A stretch of DNA of 37,364 bases, from UHGV virus genome UHGV-0173475. The stretch is one strand, 5' to 3'. Under the pieces are notes generated by a model that made no database searches, was not told the DNA's origin, and saw nothing but the letters and a program-made list of their open reading frames with translations. Of the stretch, positions 17,590-25,498 are shown piece after piece. How positions within the stretch are numbered: the first letter of the stretch is position 1; each line of letters begins with the position of its first letter. The DNA comes from a virus. Made by a program: the position numbers and the translations under genes.

Positions 17590-18651
17590 ATGACAGATAT
17601 CGAAGACCGCGTCAGCAGCCTTGCGGACAAGCTAGCCAAAACACGCGAATATATAAACAGTGAAGAAGCCACCAAAACCGCGTTAATCATGCCGTTCATA
17701 AGCGACGTCCTCGGATACGACACCACTAACCCTGCTGAGGTAATCCCCGAATATCACTCCTCCTACTCCTACAAGAAAAACGAAAAAGTTGATTACGCCA
17801 TCAAACGCGGCGAGCAGATAAGAATCTTAATTGAAGCAAAACCCTACGGGGTAGCGATTTCACGGGATAATGCCGCGCAGCTCGCCTTCTACTTTCAAGC
17901 AGTACAAGCAAAAATCGGGATCCTAACCAACGGGCAAATCTACCAATTCTATACCGACCTAGATTCCCTGCACGTCATGGATAAATCCCCGTTCATGACC
18001 CTCGACCTAGACAACGTAGATGAAAAGCTGCTACCGGAAATCGACAAGCTGACTAAAAGCCGGTTCGAGATTGATTCCGTGCTTTCAGCTGCCGAAAACT
18101 TAAAGCAGGTCACTGCGGTCAGGAAGTATTTGGGGGTTATTTTTGAGAATCCGGATAAGGACTTTTTGCAGTTAATGGCAGGAGTTATTAAGCCCGGAGC
18201 AGTAAAAACTGCGAAGCTGTTGGAGGCTATTGAGCCGTCAGTGCGCACCGGCATGGCACGGTTTATCGGGGATAAGGTAGCGGCCAAGCTGAAAACCGCT
18301 ATGGAAGTCAACAGCACGGAGACTGATATTAGTGAAGCTCCAGCGGTGGCGGTTAAAGAATCGAAAATTGAGACCACTGATGACGAGCTTCAAGGGTTCT
18401 TTATTGTGCAAGCTATTTGCGCGGAAGTTACTGACCCGGCCAGGGTGTATATACGTGACCAGCAGTCCTATTGCGGGATCTTGCTAGATGATAATAACCG
18501 TAAACCCCTGGTTCGCCTGCTTTTTAATGGGAAGCAGAAGCGGGTCGTGTTTTTCGATCAAGATGATAACGAAAGAATCGATATTGATACCCCAACTGAC
18601 TTGTATCAGTATGCGCAGCGTATCAAGGACACTGTGGAAAAGTACGGTTAG
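17590..18651 (+). CDS. HsdR_N-domain (type I restriction R N-terminal-like) PD-(D/E)XK nuclease protein
   Basis: EEATKTALIMPFI..VLGYD, EVIPEY, EKVDYAI, LIEAK, GILTNG, SYCGILLDDNNRKPLVRL. Confidence 0.85.
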   Translation: MTDIEDRVSSLADKLAKTREYINSEEATKTALIMPFISDVLGYDTTNPAEVIPEYHSSYSYKKNEKVDYAIKRGEQIRILIEAKPYGVAISRDNAAQLAFYFQAVQAKIGILTNGQIYQFYTDLDSLHVMDKSPFMTLDLDNVDEKLLPEIDKLTKSRFEIDSVLSAAENLKQVTAVRKYLGVIFENPDKDFLQLMAGVIKPGAVKTAKLLEAIEPSVRTGMARFIGDKVAAKLKTAMEVNSTETDISEAPAVAVKESKIETTDDELQGFFIVQAICAEVTDPARVYIRDQQSYCGILLDDNNRKPLVRLLFNGKQKRVVFFDQDDNERIDIDTPTDLYQYAQRIKDTVEKYG

Positions 18652-19787
18652 CAGATGATCGCGCTATCCATTTTCGCGGTGAGCGTCTGATCCCGCTCTA
18701 TAGTGGCGTGTTGGTACCGCAAGGCGACTTCTACGTCTGAGTGTCCGCCGCGCTCTAAGAGTTCTGCTAGGGTTGCGCCTTGCTGTGCGAAGATTGTTAG
18801 ACCGGTGTGGCGTAGGTCGTGGAATACGAACCAGGGCATTTTGGCTTTATCGCGTGCAACCCAAAAATACTCCCGCAACAAGTTATCTCCTATTGGTCTG
18901 CCAGGGAGGGTAGGGCTGGGGAAAAGCACCGCATCCGGGGCATCACCAACATATTTGTGTAGCTGTTCCTTGACTAGCGGAATGAGCGAGGACGGGAGCG
19001 TGATATCGCGCTTGCCCGCTTTGGTTTTTAGGTCGGTGTATTGGTGGTGCATTTTTGAGTTCACCTGTCTGCGTACCTGTACCACGGCTTTACCTGGCTC
19101 ATCTAGGCGTTGGAAGTCTTTCCTTTGTAAGCCTCTGACTTCTCCCATGCGTAGGGCGCACCAGGCGGCTAGGTAGACTGTGAGGCGGTATTTTGGGGGC
19201 ATAGCCTGCGCCATGATTCTTACTTCTTTAGGGGTGGCTACTTGGCGGCGTTCGGGGTCTTTTACCGCGCCAATCACCGGCCAGGACGCGCGGTCTATGG
19301 TTACCCGGTCTATCATTCCTTGCTTTGCAGCCCAGGCAAGGATCGCGTGCAGTTTAGCGAGGGCGTTAGATGCCGCGCCTGCCGACAAGTCAGACTGCAC
19401 TTTAACGCAATACTGGTTGATTGTTTCCGGGGTGATCTCGTTAAGTCGGGATTTCCCTAGCTCTGCTAGGGGGTGTTTTATTTTTGATTCGTAGGTGTAG
19501 AGGGTGGATTCTTTTCTTCCTCGCGCCTGTAAAACTTTTAGCCACTGATCGGTCACTTCTTTAACCGTAGGGGAGGGAGCCGCCGCTTCTTCCGGGGTAC
19601 GGAACTGTCCTGTCGTGATGTCTTTTTTGCGGTCGGTTAGCCATTTCCGGGCTTCGCTTTGGGCGCGGAAGGTTTTAGATATCCGTTTTTTGGTGATTGG
19701 GTCTATGAATGATGCTGTGTAGGATTTGGTGCCGCTTTTTAGGGTGTGGGGGCGGATATAGCCGAAGCTGCTTCGTTTTGGGGTCAT
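18648..19787 (-). CDS. int: Tyrosine integrase
   Basis: LRMGE, LKTKAG, HDLRH, GGHS, ALRYQH catalytic motifs; N-terminal arm-binding region; adjacent attP. Confidence 0.96.
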   Translation of the reverse strand: MTPKRSSFGYIRPHTLKSGTKSYTASFIDPITKKRISKTFRAQSEARKWLTDRKKDITTGQFRTPEEAAAPSPTVKEVTDQWLKVLQARGRKESTLYTYESKIKHPLAELGKSRLNEITPETINQYCVKVQSDLSAGAASNALAKLHAILAWAAKQGMIDRVTIDRASWPVIGAVKDPERRQVATPKEVRIMAQAMPPKYRLTVYLAAWCALRMGEVRGLQRKDFQRLDEPGKAVVQVRRQVNSKMHHQYTDLKTKAGKRDITLPSSLIPLVKEQLHKYVGDAPDAVLFPSPTLPGRPIGDNLLREYFWVARDKAKMPWFVFHDLRHTGLTIFAQQGATLAELLERGGHSDVEVALRYQHATIERDQTLTAKMDSAIIC

Positions 19788-19941
19788 GGTTTTCTCCTTG
19801 GTGGGTGTCTAAGAAATTACCATAAAATTACCATTAGATTCTTGCGTTCATCTTACTTTTATTGCGTTTTATTGCGCTTTGTTTTTCTTAGTTTCTCTTG
19901 GTGTGGTTGCCTATTTTTGCAGCTAGGGGGCTTAAAAATAA

Positions 19942-19976
19942 GAAAAAGCCCTGACCAACATAAAGTTAGCCAGGGC
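19942..19976 (-). terminator. Intrinsic terminator downstream of the att core
   Basis: Minus strand GCCCTGGCTAAC-TTTAT-GTTGGTCAGGGC-TTTTT. Confidence 0.8.
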
Positions 19977-19980
19977 GAAT

Positions 19981-20002
19981 AGTGGAGCCGCGGGGAATCG
20001 AA
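19981..20002 (-). other. att core TTCGATTCCCCGCGGCTCCACT = T-loop/T-stem/acceptor 3' strand of tmRNA (ssrA) or tRNA-Ala
   Basis: TTCGATT T-loop, 5-nt stem, acceptor strand with U70 (G3:U70 Ala identity) and discriminator A. Confidence 0.78.
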
Positions 20003-20068
20003 TAGAAACCCCTACTGTCAGTATAAATAGGGGAGTGGGTGGAAAAATTACGATAAAATTACGATAGC

Positions 20069-20098
20069 GCCCCGCCGGTCTTGATAGATTAGCGGGGC
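20069..20098. terminator. GC-rich hairpin (GCCCCGC...GCGGGGC), possible terminator insulating attP
   Basis: Inverted repeat followed by ATTGTTTT on the + strand. Confidence 0.45.
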
Positions 20099-20238
20099 AT
20101 TGTTTTAGTGTGTATCCGCGCCCCTATTTAGCGGGGCAGTCAGTGAGTGTTAGCCGTAACAGCTAGATCACCGGCTTATTAGTGGTGGTACTATTTTAGC
20201 AGGTTTTGTTATTGTGGTGTAGTTCACACTAAAATAAG

Positions 20239-20277
20239 TGTCCACGGTTGGATATGTCCAAGGTTGGATGATATAGT
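20239..20277 (+). promoter_or_regulatory. Promoter (TTGGAT-N18-TATAGT with TGn) overlapped by two tandem 16-bp palindromic operators TGTCCA(C/A)GGTTGGAT(A/G)
   Basis: 20239-20254 and 20255-20270, each with a TCCA-N4-TGGA dyad. Confidence 0.68.
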
Positions 20278-20334
20278 TATATATGTAAGCGAAAGAAAGA
20301 AGCCGCAAAACTTCCACCGAAAGGAAAAACCAAA

Positions 20335-21153
20335 ATGAGCACCGATGGGTCAACGATTTTCAACCAGGGCGCACCCGAGGACTACGAGCAGGGCAACATC
20401 ATTGTCGGGGAAGTGCAAAGTAGCGTCCAGAGCGATTTAGCCGGAAAAGTCACCATCTATGAATGCCCGGATAGAAAAGATATTGCTAGTGGTGACTGGT
20501 GGCTAGAGAAAGAAGAAAAGGAAGATCGTTGGGGGGAAAGTTCTCTTACTTATCGCACCCGCGAGGGCACAGTGTGGGAAAGCTACGACCGAGACGGGCG
20601 CTTAATGAAGCAAGTTTTTAAGGACGCCAACGGTAAGTTTCCCCAAGACCCAAATCGCTGGGTAGAAAAAGGGTGGTGGGATAACGGCAAGCTGAGGGCT
20701 AGGGAAAAAGTCCTACAACCTGAATCTAAAGAGGAAATCGCCCAATTACGTAAGGCGGTAGAGGCAAATGGCGGGAGCCTACTTGTGTCTGAACATTTTG
20801 AAGAAGACGGCATGTTAGGCGATACCACAAGATATGTTATCCAAGACGGTCTGCTGCGCCGATATATGGAGAATTCTTTTGTCGCAGGACGCGGCGCGAT
20901 AACTAGACTAGTTGGTTGTGTTGAGGGGGACTATTCCACCCCGGAAAACATCCCCAGCTTTTTATGGTACGAATACGGCAAGATCAAATCTGCTCAATAC
21001 AAAACCATGAGGAACGGAGAATATGTCCTCCACCGCACGGACGGGCCAGCCCTAATTGACCGAGTTGAACCCGAAGACAGGCAGGAGCGCTACTTCCTAG
21101 AGGGCAAGGAATACACCAAAGCTGAGTGGGAAAAGAAAGTTGGGCGGGCATGA
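20335..21153 (+). CDS. Moron protein with MORN-variant/YwqK-like beta-hairpin repeats and LHRxDGPA motif
   Basis: 272 aa, acidic; YDRDGRL, WWDNGKL, FEEDGML, YEYGKIK repeats; LHRTDGPALI; RBS GAAAGGA. Confidence 0.72.
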   Translation: MSTDGSTIFNQGAPEDYEQGNIIVGEVQSSVQSDLAGKVTIYECPDRKDIASGDWWLEKEEKEDRWGESSLTYRTREGTVWESYDRDGRLMKQVFKDANGKFPQDPNRWVEKGWWDNGKLRAREKVLQPESKEEIAQLRKAVEANGGSLLVSEHFEEDGMLGDTTRYVIQDGLLRRYMENSFVAGRGAITRLVGCVEGDYSTPENIPSFLWYEYGKIKSAQYKTMRNGEYVLHRTDGPALIDRVEPEDRQERYFLEGKEYTKAEWEKKVGRA

Positions 21154-21584
21154 TGCGCGGAAACACTGAATTTGACGCCTGGCTAGACGACGGGAAAAAC
21201 GACCTCACAGAGGAAGCCTACGAGCAGCTTTATAAAATCTGGTGTGAAGCAGACCAGTTATTCGAGCTAACCCCCACTAACGAGGATACCCCGCGCAGAA
21301 TCGACCATAAAGCCATGAGCGACTACCTGACCGGGGCAACCGAGTTTGCTTTCGCGATCTCGAAACCCAGCAGCGAGACCCCTAAAGCCCACGCCGCTAG
21401 CGTCTTACAAGCTGTAGGGGAAGATTGGGCAAAAGCCCGCCGCGCGTATCACGCGGCACGCCTACAGTTATACGGAGCGATAAAAGCCGCTCACGCCTAC
21501 ACGAACCGCAACCAAATTATCGTCAACACCAAAGTGGGGCGGGACACGGTGTATAAAGTCCTAGACGCCGAACGACTTAACTAA
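21150..21584 (+). CDS. Helical protein with C-terminal HTH (likely cassette autoregulator), 144 aa
   Basis: ATGA overlap; C-terminus RNQIIVNTKVGRDTVYKVL is HTH-like. Confidence 0.65.
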   Translation: MMRGNTEFDAWLDDGKNDLTEEAYEQLYKIWCEADQLFELTPTNEDTPRRIDHKAMSDYLTGATEFAFAISKPSSETPKAHAASVLQAVGEDWAKARRAYHAARLQLYGAIKAAHAYTNRNQIIVNTKVGRDTVYKVLDAERLN

Positions 21585-22021
21585 TCATCTTCCCGGCGAG
21601 GCGTCTGGGTGCGTGTATGGATTGCCCCCCAGATTTCGCGGTGGTCACGATCTGCGTTCTGCTCTGCATCCTGCATCCTAGTAGTAAGATTTTCAACGGA
21701 TTCGCGGAGCTGGTAGATATCCCGGCGGATAAAAGACGCCCGCTCCCGCGATTCCGCCGCCTGCTCATCCCTCACCCGCTTAAAGTCCTCTAGCTCTCCT
21801 AAGATTTGCCCTAAACCGGTTCTGGTGTCATTTTGCCCTGAAAGGATGATCCGCTTATTAGCGTCGATATCATCGCGAAGGTTGGTTTTGTGGGTATTAG
21901 TGACCTGCCTGCGGGTTTCCTCGGTGGCTTTTTTAATCCTAGCGAGCAGGTAGGACAAGATACCTACTAAGAGCGCGATTACTGATCCGAGGACTTCCGG
22001 AGCTGTAAAAATCTGATGCAA
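21581..22021 (-). CDS. Lysis-module membrane protein (DUF2746-like; TM + coiled coil)
   Basis: N-terminal TM, QVTNTHKTNLRDDID motif. Confidence 0.72.
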   Translation of the reverse strand: MHQIFTAPEVLGSVIALLVGILSYLLARIKKATEETRRQVTNTHKTNLRDDIDANKRIILSGQNDTRTGLGQILGELEDFKRVRDEQAAESRERASFIRRDIYQLRESVENLTTRMQDAEQNADRDHREIWGAIHTRTQTPRREDD

Positions 22022-22047
22022 GTTTTTCCCTCTCTACATAGGAAAGC

Positions 22048-22081
22048 GCCCCGCCCCTCTTGCAGGTAAAAGGGACGGGGC
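22048..22081 (-). terminator. Hairpin after the holin gene
   Basis: GCCCCGTCCCT...AGGGGCGGGGC followed by GCTTT on the minus strand; weak U-tract. Confidence 0.45.
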
Positions 22082-22102
22082 AAGCCTGATAATGGTTTTC
22101 GT

Positions 22103-22375
22103 CTAGGCGTCTTGGTCTAGGCGATGAGCAGGAGCGTAAGAATCGCCGCTATCAGGCTCAATAATTCTTTTAGGGGTATGCGCTAAAGCCGCGCCTTGCC
22201 CTAGCAAAGCGGCAGCGAGTGCGACCCAGAGCGGGGCGAGAGTGTCGGTTATAACCCCGTACCCGCCTAGAATTGCGATTATTGCGATTACGACTGAGTA
22301 TGCCCATGCCCGCACGGTGGGGGTTAGCCATTCAGCGAGGCGCGGGGTATCGGTATAGGTGTAGTTTTTTTCCAT
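22103..22375 (-). CDS. Holin (2 TM)
   Basis: TPTVRAWAYSVVIAIIAILGGYGVI...LWVALAAALLG...ALAHTP; follows the endolysin; start reassigned to ATG 22375 (GGAGG RBS). Confidence 0.82.
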   Translation of the reverse strand: MEKNYTYTDTPRLAEWLTPTVRAWAYSVVIAIIAILGGYGVITDTLAPLWVALAAALLGQGAALAHTPKRIIEPDSGDSYAPAHRLDQDA

Positions 22376-22395
22376 CTTTTTGACCTCCAAAATTG

Positions 22396-23178
22396 TTAGA
22401 TTAGCCGCCCGGCATTTAATGCCCGCTGCCAGGCTTTTACGGACGCATTACCGAAATAGCCGTCCACAGCCACGCCTAGGCGGCGCTGCATAGCGCGGGA
22501 AGTATCCGCACCCCAATGCCCGTCCTGCTTGACACCGGCGGCGGCTTGGATTTTACGGACGAGGGTTGACCCGCCTCGCCCGTACCGCATCACCACGACC
22601 GCCCAATGAGCCTTGCGATTGCCTTTCCATTGCCCGGAAATATAGCCATCAACCGGGGTGCGGGCTAGTTGCTGGGCGCGGCGAATAGTAGCGCGGCCTG
22701 CCCACCCATCCACGGCGATACCGGAAGCGGCAGGGCGGCTCGCATAGGCTGGGCGACCATACCCGACCACGTAACGCGGGGCTCGGGCGCGGCGCAGCAC
22801 ACGACCACCAGAGCGCCCACCAGCTGCCCCGGTGTTGCCGTCGATAGTCACGACCCGGCCACGGTTCCAGCCCTCAAAAATCCCCACATGCGAAATGCGG
22901 CCCAGCCCGAAATCGAAATACACAATGTCACCAGGTGCAAGGCCGCGCGTCCCAGAATGCCACCGGCCTTGTCTTTTGAACCAGTTTGCCCCGGTGGGCG
23001 TGTAGGAATGGCGGGGAATAATCGAGGTTGCCCCGGCTTGCGCCGCAACCCACGACACAAAAATCGCACACCAATAACCCCGCATCCCGTACCAGTCGCA
23101 GAACTTTCCGCTGGTCGAGGTGGCGGTATAGCCGAGCTGAGAGCGGGCGACCCGTAAAACATCGTTCGCGGTAGCCAT
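22396..23178 (-). CDS. Endolysin: CHAP domain + peptidoglycan-binding repeats
   Basis: WCAIFVSW...PGDIVYFD...SHVGI...TIDGNT; C-terminal (V)DG.(W/F)G repeats. Confidence 0.92.
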   Translation of the reverse strand: MATANDVLRVARSQLGYTATSTSGKFCDWYGMRGYWCAIFVSWVAAQAGATSIIPRHSYTPTGANWFKRQGRWHSGTRGLAPGDIVYFDFGLGRISHVGIFEGWNRGRVVTIDGNTGAAGGRSGGRVLRRARAPRYVVGYGRPAYASRPAASGIAVDGWAGRATIRRAQQLARTPVDGYISGQWKGNRKAHWAVVVMRYGRGGSTLVRKIQAAAGVKQDGHWGADTSRAMQRRLGVAVDGYFGNASVKAWQRALNAGRLI

Positions 23179-23339
23179 TATTCGGCCTCCTCTTGGTCAA
23201 GATTCGCCACGGAATCGGGGTCTTGGGGTAGGTCGGCGGCGTTTTCTTCGTCATCTGTCGGTAGCGGGGATGCCTCCAAGATTTCCGCGCTTTCCTCACA
23301 GCCCTCGCAAGTCGTGCAGGGGTCTAGGTTTTCTGGCAT
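23178..23339 (-). CDS. 53-aa highly acidic peptide with CxxCxxC
   Basis: Manual translation MPENLDPCTTCEGCEESAEILEASPLPTDDEENAADLPQDPDSVANLDQEEAE; RBS GAAGGAG; TAATG overlap with the endolysin start. Confidence 0.7.
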   Translation of the reverse strand: MPENLDPCTTCEGCEESAEILEASPLPTDDEENAADLPQDPDSVANLDQEEAE

Positions 23340-23367
23340 GGTTATTTCTCCTTCGGTTTTGGGTATG

Positions 23368-23393
23368 AAAAAAGCCCCGACACATGCGGGGCT
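23368..23393 (-). terminator. Intrinsic terminator after the tail module
   Basis: AGCCCCG-CATGTGT-CGGGGCT-TTTTT on the minus strand. Confidence 0.8.
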
Positions 23394-23413
23394 AGAGTAG
23401 AAGCTGGGCGGGT

Positions 23414-23768
23414 TTATGCGATTTTCCAGCAGATAGCAGAGATATACAGAGACCCGGCGGCAAGAGCGCTGGAAAGAAAGATAATCTCACCGTTAGTCTT
23501 CACTGTTATATATGCGGCGGAATAATTACAGATAGCAACCCCGCCCATATCTTTAGCGGGGCGATAACCCGCCGGGACAGTCCCTATAGTGGCGCTAGCT
23601 TTGGCGGTGAAATTTTTCCTAGCGAAAGTATTTCCGCTCATAATTACTACGTCACCCAGACGGATTAATTGCAGGTTGCCTTCTATCCCTGCCGCGACCG
23701 TGCAGGGGATAATCTCGGTTTTCACGCTCTCAGCGGTGGCGTGAATCAGCGGGGGGGGGGGTAGTCAT
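23414..23768 (-). CDS. Small tail-tip/receptor-binding-type beta protein, frameshifted at a C11 tract (117 aa if C10)
   Basis: RBS GAAAGG + ATG at 23768; C11 leads to TGA after 12 codons; C10/C13 joins the 23414..23725 frame (R.GDVV...IGTVPAGYRP...VKTNGEI), a pattern typical of C-terminal tail-fibre domains. Confidence 0.68.
23751..23761. repeat. G11 homopolymer (C11 on the coding strand)
   Basis: Direct reading; longest homopolymer noticed in the genome. Confidence 0.9.
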
Positions 23769-23779
23769 TTTAAGCCTTT

Positions 23780-24148
23780 CTAGTTGAGACGGTTCGGGTC
23801 AGTCGAGAGCGACACAAGCCGCCAGCCGATAGTCTGAATAAAACTTTGGTCAGGGTTTCCGCCCTGATAGACGCGCCCCTCAATAAAACCCGTGCCACGG
23901 TTATAAACGCAGGTGGATATTTGGGTAAACCCTGACGATTCGAGACAAAAAAGCTGGAATGTGAAACCCTCCGGTGCGCGGTAAGGCTCACGCACTTTTA
24001 TAGTGCCGTTCCAATTGCCGGAATAATTAGCGGATAGCTTCCACCCGCCGGGGTTTTTAATCGCCCCTGATAGCGGGTATTTTCGCCCGTCGATAATAAT
24101 AAAAGGCTCCCGCGCCTCCGTGTCCACGTGAGCTAAAGGTTTAGCCAT
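23780..24148 (-). CDS. Small tail-tip protein (beta-rich)
   Basis: 122 aa, RBS GGGAGG, end of the tail module. Confidence 0.7.
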   Translation of the reverse strand: MAKPLAHVDTEAREPFIIIDGRKYPLSGAIKNPGGWKLSANYSGNWNGTIKVREPYRAPEGFTFQLFCLESSGFTQISTCVYNRGTGFIEGRVYQGGNPDQSFIQTIGWRLVSLSTDPNRLN

Positions 24149-24172
24149 TATTTGCCTCCCTAGAATCGTGTT

Positions 24173-24823
24173 TTATTGTGTGGTGCGTGTCCATATCGCG
24201 GCACCCATAATCGAGGTGCGCACATAATTAGCAGAGCGGCCAAAATGATTCTGTAACTCGATTTTTAGAGCCGTCACCCCGGCTAGGTTGATTTGCGCCG
24301 CGATAGGCATCGCGTAAGTCAAAGCCTGGTTATTGTGGTCGCTAGCCTCGTAAGAAAAGTTCATGCCCGCTTCGCCGTATGGCGTGCCATTAATCAAAAG
24401 ACGCGCCGCACCTGTTGCCATTTCATAAGAGGAATAGTTGATTCGCGCTGTGCCTGTAATAATCAGCAAAACTTTATCCGGCCACGCCGGGACAGGGATA
24501 GACACGGAGCGGATAGTTTTCCAGGATTTAGACACTGCCGTGGAATCTTGGGAGGTCGGCGCATTAATCGGGGTGGCTTCCATCTGCTCTTTCAGTGCTG
24601 CGCCCTCAATAATGCCCTTGCCGAGTTTCAGATTCCCGCCCGAAATGTTCAGGGTGCCACCGTCCCCGATAATGATATTTCCGCCGTGCCGCACTCTAAG
24701 ATTCCCTTGGCTTATGGTGGCAGCTTCGAGGGTGCGTGTCCCTGTGGTATCGATTGCGGATTGAATCTCTCTAAAACGTCTCTGCGCGGCGTCTATGCCA
24801 GACGGTAGCGGAATACTAGACAA
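24173..24823 (-). CDS. Minor tail/fibre protein (paralog of 24830..25498)
   Basis: Gly-rich beta-repeat N-part ATISQGNLRV...DGGTLNI..GNLKL. Confidence 0.75.
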   Translation of the reverse strand: MSSIPLPSGIDAAQRRFREIQSAIDTTGTRTLEAATISQGNLRVRHGGNIIIGDGGTLNISGGNLKLGKGIIEGAALKEQMEATPINAPTSQDSTAVSKSWKTIRSVSIPVPAWPDKVLLIITGTARINYSSYEMATGAARLLINGTPYGEAGMNFSYEASDHNNQALTYAMPIAAQINLAGVTALKIELQNHFGRSANYVRTSIMGAAIWTRTTQ

Positions 24824-24829
24824 ATATGT

Positions 24830-25498
24830 TCACCCCATCCAGATTGCGAAAGCGGTTATCTCAGCCTGCCCCCGGTCGTAAAATACATAATCTAGACCGT
24901 TCATTGTGTGCTCAAGCTCCACTCTTACGGCCTGCCCGGGCGTTACCGGTACAGGCTGGCAGTCCATCATCCCTACATGTACCCACTGAAAATCCTCATA
25001 AGCGCTCATAAAAGCGGAATATTCAGGGCAAGGAATACTATTAATCTTGGAGCGGATCCGCGCCTCTGTCGCGTCGCCCTCTGCTATATTGTCAGTCACG
25101 TGTCCCTTGTAAAGGCAGACCGCGAAAATGATCCCGGTTTTAGCCCAATCCGGGGCGGTAACCTCCACGCCCCCGACTTTGTGCCATTGCCCGATTCGCC
25201 ACCCTTTTTGCGCCGTCACCGGCGCGGTTATAGTGTCGCTCATGGTGACCCAAATATGATTCTTGAGAGCCGAGGCCGGGAGGGTGCCAGCAAGCAATTT
25301 AAGGTTCCCGGTCACGATTTCGAGGCTCCCGCCGTCTAGAACTTCTAGGGTGCCTTTCCCCCTCACTGTCACCCCGCCCCGGCTAATAGTTGCGGATGAT
25401 AGCCGCCGCCCCCCGTAGCTATTCTCTTTTTCTACCGTGCGAAGAATCCGGGCGGGGGTTTCAGCCGTCACTGGCAGCGGCGCGCCGTCTCCAATCAT
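24830..25498 (-). CDS. Minor tail/fibre protein (paralog of 24173..24823)
   Basis: ATISRGGVTV...DGGSLEI..GNLKL. Confidence 0.75.
   Translation of the reverse strand: MIGDGAPLPVTAETPARILRTVEKENSYGGRRLSSATISRGGVTVRGKGTLEVLDGGSLEIVTGNLKLLAGTLPASALKNHIWVTMSDTITAPVTAQKGWRIGQWHKVGGVEVTAPDWAKTGIIFAVCLYKGHVTDNIAEGDATEARIRSKINSIPCPEYSAFMSAYEDFQWVHVGMMDCQPVPVTPGQAVRVELEHTMNGLDYVFYDRGQAEITAFAIWMG

Larger units (their letters stand above)
19814..20065. other. attP: arm-type direct repeats AAATTAC(C/G)AT x2 on each side (19814, 19825, 20045, 20056) flanking the core
   Basis: Four near-identical 10-mers in tandem pairs on both sides of a tRNA-like core next to int. Confidence 0.82.

Noticed and set aside
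19981..20002. Phage-encoded tRNA or tmRNA gene
   Set aside because: Only the T-loop-to-3' end fragment is present; the 5' T-stem strand, D-arm and anticodon arm are missing, so it is an att core
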